A DNA stretch of 64,000 nucleotides from Oopsacas minuta (Eukaryota; Animalia; Porifera): the NCBI GenBank assembly GCA_024704765.1, contig JAKMXF010000110.1:310001-374000 (forward strand). Reading direction: 5' to 3'. This document shows positions 1 through 11,300 of the stretch, one piece after another (positions within the stretch are counted from its first letter, which is position 1; each line of letters begins with the position of its first letter). Both the position numbers and the translations under genes were made by a program. The notes beneath the pieces are model-generated. The model was given only the letters and a program-made list of their open reading frames with translations, was not told the DNA's origin and did not search any database.

Positions 1-179
1 ATGTAAGTGCTGTAGGTTAGTATTAGTTATCAATTTGGTAATTTGGTAATTCAATGTATCTTCTTCAAAGTTATGGCATCAATATCTGTAACTCCACAAA
101 CCGTTGCAATGGATTGACCGAAAATATTTTAACAAATTGACCTTTTATCAACAATGTATAATACCTCATAAATTCTAAG

Positions 180-1156
180 GTATGCTTGTCAATGCTAGAC
201 GAATGGACTGGAGATATGGATCTGGAAGATATCGTTATGGGACTACTATTCTTAATGCAGAATCCACAAATTGATGATCCCCTGAATCTAAATTTTAGAG
301 GAGATGAAAAGTACCCAGATTTTGTCCGTAAGGTATGTACATAGCTGATGATTTAAAATTTTAATTAATGTATTCTATGAACAGTAAAATGTAAATACTG
401 CTTACGCAGTATTTACTTATACCTCATTTTTCATAGATTCATATTTTATTCTTACAAGCAATTTACTTTTTGCTTGTACAATTTGATCAGATGTTTGATT
501 GTAAAATTTCTAAGACAAGTTGTACTTCGGATCATTCTAGGCTCAATTAATTACAATCGCCCGATCTGTAAATTTTTGTCAAAAATTATCCTATTTGTGT
601 AACAGGAAAATTAGAGATCTAAATTTGAGTTATTAATTGGTTAGTTTGCTTCTGGCTGACTTTCAATCAGATGACTAATAATATGTTTGCTAATCCAAAT
701 TAAATATATTTCGTCTTGTATAGATTACCGTATGCGCTAACAATGATTTGTCAGTTTCATTATAATAATGATGTCATCACATAATTAATTATAATATTAA
801 CATTCCAGGTACGCAAGTCCCTAAAGGGACAACTCAAAGATTCATCTGGTCATGTTTTCGAACGAAATTGGCACAAACCAGAGAATTCTACTCCTTCAGA
901 TTCTGAGAGCGAAGAACTTGTTTCGTTCTCACCTACTTCACTCCCTTCAACTCCAATTATGTTTGACAATTCTGGTGAATATCGTGCTATTGATAGCTCT
1001 AGACACGGACATGATTCAAATAATTTACTGGATTATGATGGAAGAAATGCTGCAACTGTCACGTTAAATACCGCAATAAATATTGCTATCCTTGGAGTGG
1101 TAACTGTGTGTGTCTCAACTTTCATAATTTATAAATGTTTAAAGAAAGGTTTGTAA
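180..1156 (+). CDS. Ubiquitin-like conjugating enzyme E2, Ubc12/UBE2M (NEDD8 E2)-like, 5'-truncated; exons 180-332 and 809-1156; C-terminal transmembrane tail
   Basis: Exon 180-332 (taag|G...AAG|gtatgt) reads VCLSMLDEWTGDMDLEDIVMGLLFLMQNPQIDDPLN, with the catalytic Cys in VCL and DDPLN. It splices in frame to ccag|809, VRKSLKGQLKDSSGHVFERNW, which resembles the Ubc12 C-terminus (VQRSMRGG..YFER), and continues into ORF 959-1156 ending in a hydrophobic helix plus KCLKKGL*. Confidence 0.8.
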
Positions 1157-2310
1157 TTGATTTCCAATATCAGAATTGAAATTGGACAATTCAATTTCTT
1201 AGAATTTATTTGATTAGTGAATTTTACAAAATCTCTTACGTTATGTTTTTATTGTTTAATGGAATAAGCTTGTATATATGAAATGTCCAGCCGACCGGCT
1301 GGGATTGCAGTCGTAGTTGGGCTTGTGGATCATTTTCATACCAAAATGCTAGACTTTAATGAAAACTTCTTTTATCACATGATTTATTTGTTGGTTCATG
1401 TTTTCTCTTTAGTGGAGTTTATATAGGGAGATGCCCTAATAAACATAAAATTCCTGCAGTCTACTCTTAGTCGTAGGTATATAAATCCACCTTGTTTTGT
1501 GAAATCTAACATTGTGCACTAATTTCGATCTTTTTGGCCATAACAGGTAGAAATGGTTCCCTTCTGAGCTAATATTACTCGATACGTAATAGATTATTGT
1601 CCATATAGAAAATGATATCATCAGAATTCCAAATATGCTCCTACATTGACTTAATGAACCTCTTACGATATACATAATTATATATTTCTTTTGTGATATT
1701 TAATTACATGCATTGAGGGTATAGTCTAATGATATTCAACATTATTGACATTCTATTCTAGTCAGGTTTGTTGAACTAACGGGAAATACATTTGTTCCAT
1801 TCCATAATTGGATTAAATAAGTACGTACATCATGTTGGAGGGATTAATTAATGAGTAGCTGAACACAATTCTTGAACTTTACCTTATCGCGAAAGTATAA
1901 AATTTCGTGAAACTTTAAATATTTAACCAGCTGGAACAGACCACATGCTTAAACATTTTTCTGTACTCATAATTCTATGAAAGTATATTTCAACATAACA
2001 ACATTGACATTATCTACAACTAAATATATGTATATTGACTAGCCTCAGCATGTAAATCTCGGGCCCGAATTTTACATTTTAATGAATGAACCACTACATT
2101 CGGCTATCGTTATCCACAATTTTTAACACCATGAGAAATCAAATTTCTTACCTGGATCGTCCAAGTTGTTAGAGTTCAGCACCCCTGAATTAAGGTATCA
2201 CCATTGGTAAGCTTTTTGTTGATTTCTGATTTAATATTATAACTTTAATTGTATATACAAAAGAATAGAGAATGTGCTGTCTTATTATTTATGCGTGTAT
2301 AAATTTTTCT

Positions 2311-4176
2311 TTAAAAAGGCCCTATTTCTCCACGTCCTGGGAATTGCTTCAGATTGACAAGATCATCTTCGTTAATCTTTTCATAATCGTGTATACTCTT
2401 CCTTGTGCGTGCGATTATGTTTGATCTAAATATGTCATCTTCCGCTCTTTTGGATAAGTAATCGTATTGATGTTGTTTCATATCTTCGTCCGGGGGTGTA
2501 TTCATGTCGTTCTTTGAGGGAGATAATGATTCGGGGGAGGATCGGTATTGGTTGTTACATTTTGGGGAAGTACTAGGGAAATGCGTCAGGGTATCGTAGT
2601 CTTCTAAGCCTTTAATTGAGTTTTTCACGAATTTTCCATAGTTTGATTCCTCATTTGCTTTTGTTGATCCGTTAGACTCATCTGAATCTTCTATCCGCAT
2701 TAACGTTATACTGTCATAGTAGGTTGAATGTTGTCGGTTCGGTTGATTATCAGACTCTTTTCGCTCCAATTCTGAATAAAATACGGAATTATTTTGTTCA
2801 CTAAGGGAGCCTTGACCTGACATGACGCTATGTGGGGCATTACGATCCAACTCGCCTTCAATGCTTTCATACAGATTATTCTCATGTATTGAATAGTCAT
2901 CACTACTGCTGTTTGATTCGCTAGTGTCACGCTTTTTGGATTGACTACTGCTTGAAACTTCTGGACTACTCAAGGTTGAGAGTTCATTCAGATTGTAGAT
3001 GGAATTCTCGTGTATTTCAGATGTATCTGATGAATCGTGACGATGAGTTGGAGAAGAATCAAACTCATCGACTGGACTAAGGGAGTCTTCCAATGTTCGT
3101 CTGTTCATGTCATTAATTATTACACTAAGAATTGGTTTGAGTTCGGAAGCATATTGATTAGGTTTTGTCGATTCAATTACACGTTTATCAGTATTATTTT
3201 GTGAGACAGTAGTGCTTATTATAGGAGGATGGAATGGGGAAGATTCAGGTCCATTAGAAACTGCCCTCCTTCTCTTAGTGTTTTTCGGTGAAAAATCGAA
3301 TGATCTTTGTACGCGTGCGGAATTTGGTGGGGTTACGTCACTGAGACTACCATGATAAGAGTTCTTCTTTAATTGAGCGTAATGCTTTGGTCGAGGGTAA
3401 CTCTCCTTCATGACGTCACTACTATTGCGTTTATTTAGTACGTTTCTATCCATCGTTAGAGCCTCGTATCCAAGATCAACATTTCCAGGGACTGTATCTA
3501 ATTCATTATGCGATTTCCCACGTTTTAATACAGGAGGCGGTTGTCTCTGTGTAATGACATCATTTGGAGTTGAGGGTAGAGGGATTAGAGAGCGTTTGCT
3601 TGTGGATATCTCAAGAGGGTGTTCTGGATGTGGACCACTACTATTCGATGCTTTTACTTGTGCGAGGATGCTTTTTTCGGCATCTGAGTAACTTCTCTGC
3701 AGGAACTGATCTGAGTTAGATTCTATATGTTGTAAATGTGGAGGTAATGGTAATGCCATTTCCCTATGGCTATGTTTTGTAGTGCGTGGATTAGCGAATA
3801 CTACAGATTCTTGTGGGTGTGAATTTGACTGTATTGTGGCATTTAGGTTAGGACTGAATAAAGACGAATCGCTGTCTTTGTCGGATTCGGCTCTCTGAGT
3901 AGAACATGAATTTGTGGCATTTGAATTTACTAAACCTTTTTCTATGTCAGATGATTTATCTTTGAAACATGGATCATTGTCATTAAATTTTGGCTGATTT
4001 TTTGGACTATTCTTATTTCTTGGTTGTATTTTCATTCCGTTTTCTGCCCCTTCAATTTGGAAACTATTACTCTTTCTCATCGGGGTCTGGACATCATACT
4101 TATTACGTACACAGAGAAATGTGAGAAAGGTCAATGTAGAAAATGCCGCGATCGTTATCAGGAAAATTTCAATCAT
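2311..4176 (-). CDS. Intronless single-pass membrane protein (N-terminal signal anchor) with long disordered, tyrosine-motif-rich cytoplasmic tail; transmembrane-adaptor-like
   Basis: 621-aa ORF with ATG at 4176. N-terminal hydrophobic stretch IEIFLITIAAFSTLTFLTFLC followed by VRNK. The rest is S/P/D/E/N-rich with many YxxL/I motifs (GYEAL, LYESI, VFYSEL, TYYDSI, DYDTL, QYDYL, DYEKI). Confidence 0.7.
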   Translation of the reverse strand: MIEIFLITIAAFSTLTFLTFLCVRNKYDVQTPMRKSNSFQIEGAENGMKIQPRNKNSPKNQPKFNDNDPCFKDKSSDIEKGLVNSNATNSCSTQRAESDKDSDSSLFSPNLNATIQSNSHPQESVVFANPRTTKHSHREMALPLPPHLQHIESNSDQFLQRSYSDAEKSILAQVKASNSSGPHPEHPLEISTSKRSLIPLPSTPNDVITQRQPPPVLKRGKSHNELDTVPGNVDLGYEALTMDRNVLNKRNSSDVMKESYPRPKHYAQLKKNSYHGSLSDVTPPNSARVQRSFDFSPKNTKRRRAVSNGPESSPFHPPIISTTVSQNNTDKRVIESTKPNQYASELKPILSVIINDMNRRTLEDSLSPVDEFDSSPTHRHDSSDTSEIHENSIYNLNELSTLSSPEVSSSSQSKKRDTSESNSSSDDYSIHENNLYESIEGELDRNAPHSVMSGQGSLSEQNNSVFYSELERKESDNQPNRQHSTYYDSITLMRIEDSDESNGSTKANEESNYGKFVKNSIKGLEDYDTLTHFPSTSPKCNNQYRSSPESLSPSKNDMNTPPDEDMKQHQYDYLSKRAEDDIFRSNIIARTRKSIHDYEKINEDDLVNLKQFPGRGEIGPF

Positions 4177-5220
4177 TTTTTTGGAATAAGTTTTGGATTG
4201 TTATACGAATTTATCGTATTTATACTTTTATTACGATTTAGCTTTGATTCAAATAGTCAGTCATTTGTATTTATATCGGTCAAATGGATTAGGTTACCAG
4301 CTTACACACTATCAAACCAAGTTGTACTGTTAAACTCTAGCATTACATGGATAGACAGACCATCCTGAGGATGTCTACGGGGATTTAATGAGGTGTGTGT
4401 TGGCAAACAGATTGTAAGCCATAAGCTTGGCCTGGACTTTGTGTACAATGTTGGAATTTCGCTTGATAATACTGAATACTTGTTGTTACATCGCCCTTAT
4501 TTGCAGCTGAGCTGCTCTAGTAACCTAATTTCAATTAAGAAATTACAGTTAACTCCACTATATTTGACTAATTCATTGTAGGCCATTATATTCTCGAAGT
4601 AATTTTTCTAACCAGTGGCTCTCGTTTATCAGGGAGGGTGACTTGTAGTCCTGATCAATTAACTCGCTAATATTATATTTTCTCTCATAGATTTACATAT
4701 GGAAATTTCATATGCTACTATATAATACAGTTTGTAAAATAGCCGACTAACGAATAAAAGGAGACGCCAGTTTTATAAATCTCATAAAAGTAAGATCAAA
4801 CCCCAAAATTTTATGGATTAAACTTTTAAGGTTAATAATTATTTAGTAGCACCGGTACATACACTGACACAAATCTTTGCCGAAACATTTATTTAGTTAA
4901 TAAGCATATTAAAACTGTTACTCTATAGATAGCATTCGTTGCGCCAGGTTAATTACGGATACATTTTCCTTTTACAACCTTTGTACTATATTCAGCGAAT
5001 ACATTATCGAATTATCAACCAATTTCGTAATTAAACACTTAAATCAAAACCATTCAGCTTGTTCTCGAAAATGAATACTACAGCTGTCTGTTAAATTACA
5101 CAGAATTATATTACCTATTAACATTCACCTCATTATTAATTAATAAATATACATATAATAGTTACAATTATGGTTAATTTATAAATTCAATTAAAACACT
5201 AGTACCATGGGAAATACATA

Positions 5221-5336
5221 CAATGGACTCAGCAAAATAGGGAGGAGGGGAATCGGAACCTGGCCATATTGACCTGATTAAGCGAAATAAAGGTGTTGGC
5301 CCGATTAATTCTGACCTTATTGAGCAGAGTCTACCG
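5221..5336. mobile_element. MITE family E (degenerate copy)
   Basis: TA-flanked; termini CAATGGACTCAGCAAAATAG...AGAGTCTACCG; internal ggccatattgacct..aaaggtgttggcccgatt is shared with the copy at 30174-30313. Confidence 0.55.
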
Positions 5337-5827
5337 TATTTGAATCCAGAATTTAGAATCATCTGAATGATACTGCATTAAGATTAATGAGGAAATTATT
5401 ATACTAATTACATAGCAAATACACGTACAATCAAGTTATATCGAAACCTAAGGGACCACAAATTAAATTGTATATTACCGGAGTTCGATATAACGAGAGT
5501 TGACTGTAGTAATTATATTGTTATCTCTATGCTGTATCATTATTATCGATAATTAGCATTTAAACGTACACTACAAAGTGGATTAGAATTGACATCTAGT
5601 TTATAATTTGAAGCTATTAGTATTTTGTGTCATGATAGTTGCATTTTATTTATCCTCCAAAGTTTAAAACGTAACAGTGGTAGTGTTTAAAGTATGGTAA
5701 CATGGGCTATTATATATAGATTATTGGATTTCTGATTCTTAATCACCACATTATTTAATAATACTGTTGTTGTATGACTTCCAATCATAGTTTGTCAATT
5801 TACGGTTAAAAATATGTAAAATGTATA

Positions 5828-5923
5828 CAGTGTGATCTTCACAAACGAGGTGCCATATACTCGTACGCCGAAAATGCTACCCCGTCCTTTTCTGCGAAAT
5901 TCCCATTTGTGGAGTTCACACTG
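5828..5923. mobile_element. MITE family D (TIR CAGTG.AA.CTCCACAAAC)
   Basis: ta|CAGTGTGATCTTCACAAAC ... TTTGTGGAGTTCACACTG|ta; related copies at 32187, 39328 and about 48320-48498. Confidence 0.65.
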
Positions 5924-7038
5924 TATATCAATAATTTTAGATAATATAATCCTTTAACTTGTTGCATGTAATATATATCTTTAGGTAAAATATCAGAATA
6001 CCTGTACAATACTTTAATAAAATCTTAACATATTCTCATTCATTCCAAGCTTTATTTCATGCAACAATAAATAGATGATTAATTATACTACGCCTCGTAT
6101 CAAGTCATTACATTAGTTGTCATTTGATTTCAGAGAATATTCTGATTCTTTTAGATAAATATACAGTTACACTTTAACCTCCTTACCCTCCCTGTTAATA
6201 TGTAATACTAGGTTAATCTAGTGTTGATTTAAGTTTATTGTATTTTTACAAAACATGATCAAAGTAAGTTTACTCAAATTAATTTATCACTTCTCCTCCA
6301 AGGCCTGGTTCACCTGGATCACGTAATTAACTCAATTTATGTAGCATGAATAAAGCATTATAATTACGATTATCTAATAATACTATGTGGTTAACCTTGC
6401 TCCTACCCTTGATTAAAATGGGCGAAAACAATTACTACATTATAATTGAGGTCTTAATTAAGTTCAAACTTCAAATAGTTGCAATAATTTTGTGTGTTTC
6501 TTTCCTCCATTCATTTGTAGCCTACTTTGACCTAAGTAATTATCATTTCGCTCCTTATTAGACAAGTAATCTTACCAACTTTTTTATGCGATTACAACTT
6601 GATCCAAACATGAACGTATATGTAACGTTATTCTTTATTATTTAGAATCAATATTAATTATTCAAATTCTAAACCTCAATTCAGAACTTATACCAAATTA
6701 TGTAAAATGGGAACTCAACTAGTTTCTAACGAACTTTGCTTTTCAGAGAAATCAGCTTAATTTCTTTTGTTATACAATCCACCTCAGAAACAGCTGTGAT
6801 ATAAAAATGCTGTTTAATTTGGAATTTGGTTATGACTTGCTAGATCATTTGTAGGTTATTTTCTAGAATATTTCATATGTTCATGTAAGAAATGGGTGGG
6901 TCAAGTGATGCTATTGACTTGATTATCTTATTGCAGGTGTTCTCAATCATTTCACATCGCACCACGATTTAAAAAAATGAAAATATAATTTTTGCAATTT
7001 TCAATTTTTCTGGCTATTTCGGTTGTAATATGGAAATA

Positions 7039-7106
7039 CAGTAAACTCCCGTTATAACGAAATGAAACCGGGTTCCAGAGCACTTCGTTATAACCAGAGT
7101 TTACTG
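7039..7106. mobile_element. Very short hairpin MITE (TIR CAGTAAACTC..GTTATAACGAA)
   Basis: ta|CAGTAAACTCCCGTTATAACGAA ... TTCGTTATAACCAGAGTTTACTG; about 23-bp near-perfect arms; a related degenerate copy lies near 20470-20585. Confidence 0.65.
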
Positions 7107-7212
7107 TGTTCGAAGTATTATTATGAACATGAACACTATGTAAATATGTATTTGTAATTATGAAGAAGGTAAAGGTATAATTTTGTCCTATATGTATGCA
7201 TCAAAGCACATA

Positions 7213-7375
7213 CAGTCGAAAGAGTTTTTTTCTGACTTATTGGTTTTTTCTAACCATAATTTGGTTCAAAATTGTTTTATTAGCAATTCCTAGTAAAAAT
7301 AATCGGTTTTCTCTGACTCGGGTTTTCTGACTATTTTCTATGCACAGAATTGGCCAGTAAAAACTGTTTCGACTG
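7213..7375. mobile_element. TA-flanked MITE (TIR CAGTCGAAA)
   Basis: ta|CAGTCGAAAGAG ... CTGTTTCGACTG|ta. Confidence 0.6.
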
Positions 7376-8311
7376 TACATCGATGTATTTGCTTATTGAA
7401 TAATAATATCACACTTACTCTCCTAGATATTACGCAATACTTCATTGAATTACAAGCAATATTATCCAATAATTATTCTGTTATTTCCTGAATACATTTC
7501 TTTTTTGTATATATGTGATCATCAAATATAACTTTGAAAGATAAAATTTTAAAAATATGCTATTACCAGTTTATACAATCTGTGTGTTTGTGCCAGGAAA
7601 TAGGCTGGCGTATACACAATGTATTGATTTGTTGGAAATTTCTTCAAAAGCTAAATGATTTCTCTAACCATATGCTCTAACATCTATAAAAGTAAGATAT
7701 ATGCAACGTAGTAATTGGGCCAAGCGATAGAAAAGCTATGCTAGCAATTTCTGAACACAAATTTTTATTTGCGTAAACTTCCATAAACACAATCTACCTA
7801 TTTATTATACACAATACATTTTGTTGTAAGATAATTGTTACATGGAGTATATGAACAACATACAATACTAGTGAGACGACTCATTCATGCCAAGTGAAGG
7901 AATGGCTGTACCGAATGTTGTTTTTTAGTGGGACATTTGGGTTTTTGTGTGACGCCGCATGTTAACTTGTTTGACATCCCTGGTCCCCAAAATTTGCACT
8001 TAGCGAGAATGATGATGTAACATTTTGCATAAAACAAATTCAGTGTGTATGGTGAATTTTCTTTGTAGTTCATAGTAACTCCAATGAACTTGTTTATTAA
8101 GTATCCTTAGTCGATTCAATATTTTTCAAGTAAATCATTCCTCAATGATTGCAATAAAATATATATCATAAATATTCTTATCAGATTTCGTATTAGTGAA
8201 TAGCCTTCTCACAACACTTAATATATTAACACTACTTACACCTAATTTCAAAGATGTAGGTTTAGCTTAATTTCAGAATAGCTTGATATTTTAATATATT
8301 TGGTAGCAACA

Positions 8312-11300
8312 ATGGCAGCAAAATACGATAATTTAATTACAACACAAGACCAAAGTTCTGATATAGAAGGAATTAACACACCTAACATTATATCAAATGA
8401 AAATCTTTATAAGGAGAGGCCAGGGATACGTAGCAATACATATGCTCCTGAGTCTGTAAGTGATAAGGATGACACAGGATGTAGAATGAGAAATAGTACT
8501 GTTAGAATACTCACTAAAACAGCATTTGAGTTGATTTCTGAAACTGATTGTAAAGGAGTAGAATGGAAGAGCGTAGATTTGGTTATGGTAGCTATACAGG
8601 AGTACTCAGCTGATGGGAAGGATGTTATTGTTAGGAAAGGTGAGTTTTAGATTTCTGATATCTTTCAATTACACTCATAACACTCATTATTTTCTCGCAT
8701 GCCTAATGGATTCTGGTGTAGTGGGTAAGACTTTAGTTTACAAAGTTTTGCAATTTACGTTTATTTAATTGAATTACAGCTATGTTCGCTTTATGCAATT
8801 CGTCTATTTGCTAAATTTATCTATTAGTTACTTTTTCCATGGACTTGAAGTGCATTTTGTATGGTAAATAATTCGCTTATTAGCAAGGAAAATTAATGCA
8901 AATACAATCTGCTAATAAGCGAACTCCATTGTATTAAAAGCGAGCGTGCAATAGACAAAGCAAAATAATATTGATTCTCCTACAGGTGGTACAATCATAA
9001 ATATATTATTAGTGATATATCTCCCTTTCTCATGTAGTTATGACAATGTTGAGGACGCATTAAAGACGATGTTATCCATAGTATTTAACTGTAGAAAAGT
9101 ATTAAAATAAGTTTAAACATAATTTCTAATTATATTTGCAAACTATCTTGTATAATTCATAGTCAACCTTGGAATGTATGCAAGCGGAAAGAGATTTGTT
9201 AAAACACATGAACGCATTTAGAGAAAGCATTTTCACTAAATAATTGCCGGTTTTGCTTATAATAGTTATACTAAGCTGAAACAATGTCGATATCATAATT
9301 ATGTGTCGCAAAAGTAGGCTAATTAATTTAATAGCAGTGCGTGTAGTCACCAGGTCAGTAAATAATCATTAGGGGACACTATTTCTCCAGAGAATTATGC
9401 ACAGTGATTTTGCTAATACATTTAGATCTACGATGTTATAATCTGAAATTGAATCTTCTTGGCCCATCTAAATTATTTCTAACAATTCAATAATTCCCCA
9501 GTGAAATCACATGCAGTCGTCTCTCGTTTTCAATCAGGGGCCAATTCATACTGCTTTTACGAGGTGTATCCATGGAATCTTGTAATAAGAACACCAACGG
9601 ACGGTCAAAGTTTCTTCGCTTTATTCGGAATTCGTATTAACCATGTTCGTACTAACGATGTTCTACTGTATTAGCTACATATAGTTTCGTATAGCCAACA
9701 AGACTTATATGTTCCCTCTGGAGTTGTATCTTCTATGATATTATATATCTTCATTTTACAATATTCTATTATTATTTAGATGACGTAATATATGTATCAG
9801 CTCAAAGTAAGTGTGGTACATGGTGTAAAGGTTTGAATCAATCTACTGGAGTTATAACTACCATCCCATACAATGTATTACAGAAAAGTAGGTTCAGATA
9901 TTTAATATAAATTATCCAATTTATTCAGACCCGAGTATTTTCGGGAATCACTTAAGTGGTTCTGAATCATTGTAATACTAAATAATTAGTATTATTGTAA
10001 TATCCCAGTTACCATTATTAATAATTAATCATAGTTTGTGCTCATAATTTTATTTCGTAATCTTAATGACAGGATATGTTGTAATCTGAATTTGCTTCTC
10101 CCTTATCATCCTAATAGAAGATATATGCTAAAATCTATAGGTATATAGCATAAGGTATGTTGGATTGAGAAGAGTTACATTAGACAATGTTTCTTACTTG
10201 TTTAACCATCCCTTTTCATTGTATGCTTAATATTTGGGCAGTGCAGTGTATAATCTTAATATTATGATATTTCCTTTTGTAACATTGAGTGAAAGCATTT
10301 TGAGTTCTCATATTGCTCAGGGCCTGTTTCCCCCCTTTTTACAATTTAATAATTGCATGGTAGGTTAAGTAAGATCCTATAGTACCCATAAGGTTTATTA
10401 GAATATGATATCATCATGAGTTAATATTTTGCAGACATGGGGCCTTGTCCAAATGGAGATGCTATTATCTAAACCCAGTTAAAAATATACATTATCCTCG
10501 ACTTCGTTAAATGAGATTGAACTTGGACTCCAGGAATACACATGCAGAGATGTAGTGATACAAAAGATCTCGTACTGTGGTTTATTAGAGAATTGAGATC
10601 ATTACAAAATCCAAGCGTAGTGTATGGAGTTAGATAATCTGAATCAGATCTCAAGACGTATTTAAGTTCAACTTAAAATTTGGTCAAATTGGAGAAACAT
10701 CGAGTTCTGTAGCTATTTCTAATGATAAGATCCTAATGTAGTACTAGCTGTTTCACGTGCACTACGTAGTTCACGTGTGTCCATATTTCCAATATTATAT
10801 TATTTTCTAAACACTATCGTAAGTTTACAAAATTTGACGTAAATCGATGAAAACAAATTCACCAAATAAATAAGGCCATTTTTAAACTGACCTTTTTCAT
10901 TTGGTGAATTTGAATCTGTTATTAATTTTTCATAAGTCAGTCATGCATAACACATTTATGAAAATAAAATATACATACCTGAGTATATCATAAACTATAA
11001 TTACTTACATATTATGAAATTTTGAGGGGTTTATTGAAAGTTTATAGGATCATGCGTATTTCATTTTTACTGTGAAACCTGCTTACTATATCTTGGTACT
11101 TTCAATCTGTGTGCCGTTTTAATAGAATGAAATTTTCCTATTACGTTATGCTATATATTATACCCAAGTAAAAATAATTGGGAATTATCAGTTTCAAATC
11201 TCCTTTGAAACCTTGTCTGTTCATAAGGTCGAAATAGGAACATTATACAATTTCAAGTCCTCTCGTGACGAGTCTAATATTTCATCTCTAAATTTGTAGA

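Noticed and set aside
1287-1302. Perfect GC hairpin ccagcc-gacc-ggctgg after the E2 stop
   Set aside because: Only a 6-bp stem; no SECIS features and no in-frame UGA; bacterial terminator logic does not apply.
3410-4581. Plus-strand ORFs 3410-3691, 4024-4368 and 4393-4581
   Set aside because: Antisense shadows of the membrane adaptor or short non-ATG frames with no recognisable domain.
10754-10777. Twin CACGTG E-boxes as clock elements for the nocturnin fusion
   Set aside because: About 9 kb from its start codon, on the 3' side, in a different intron; no supporting evidence.
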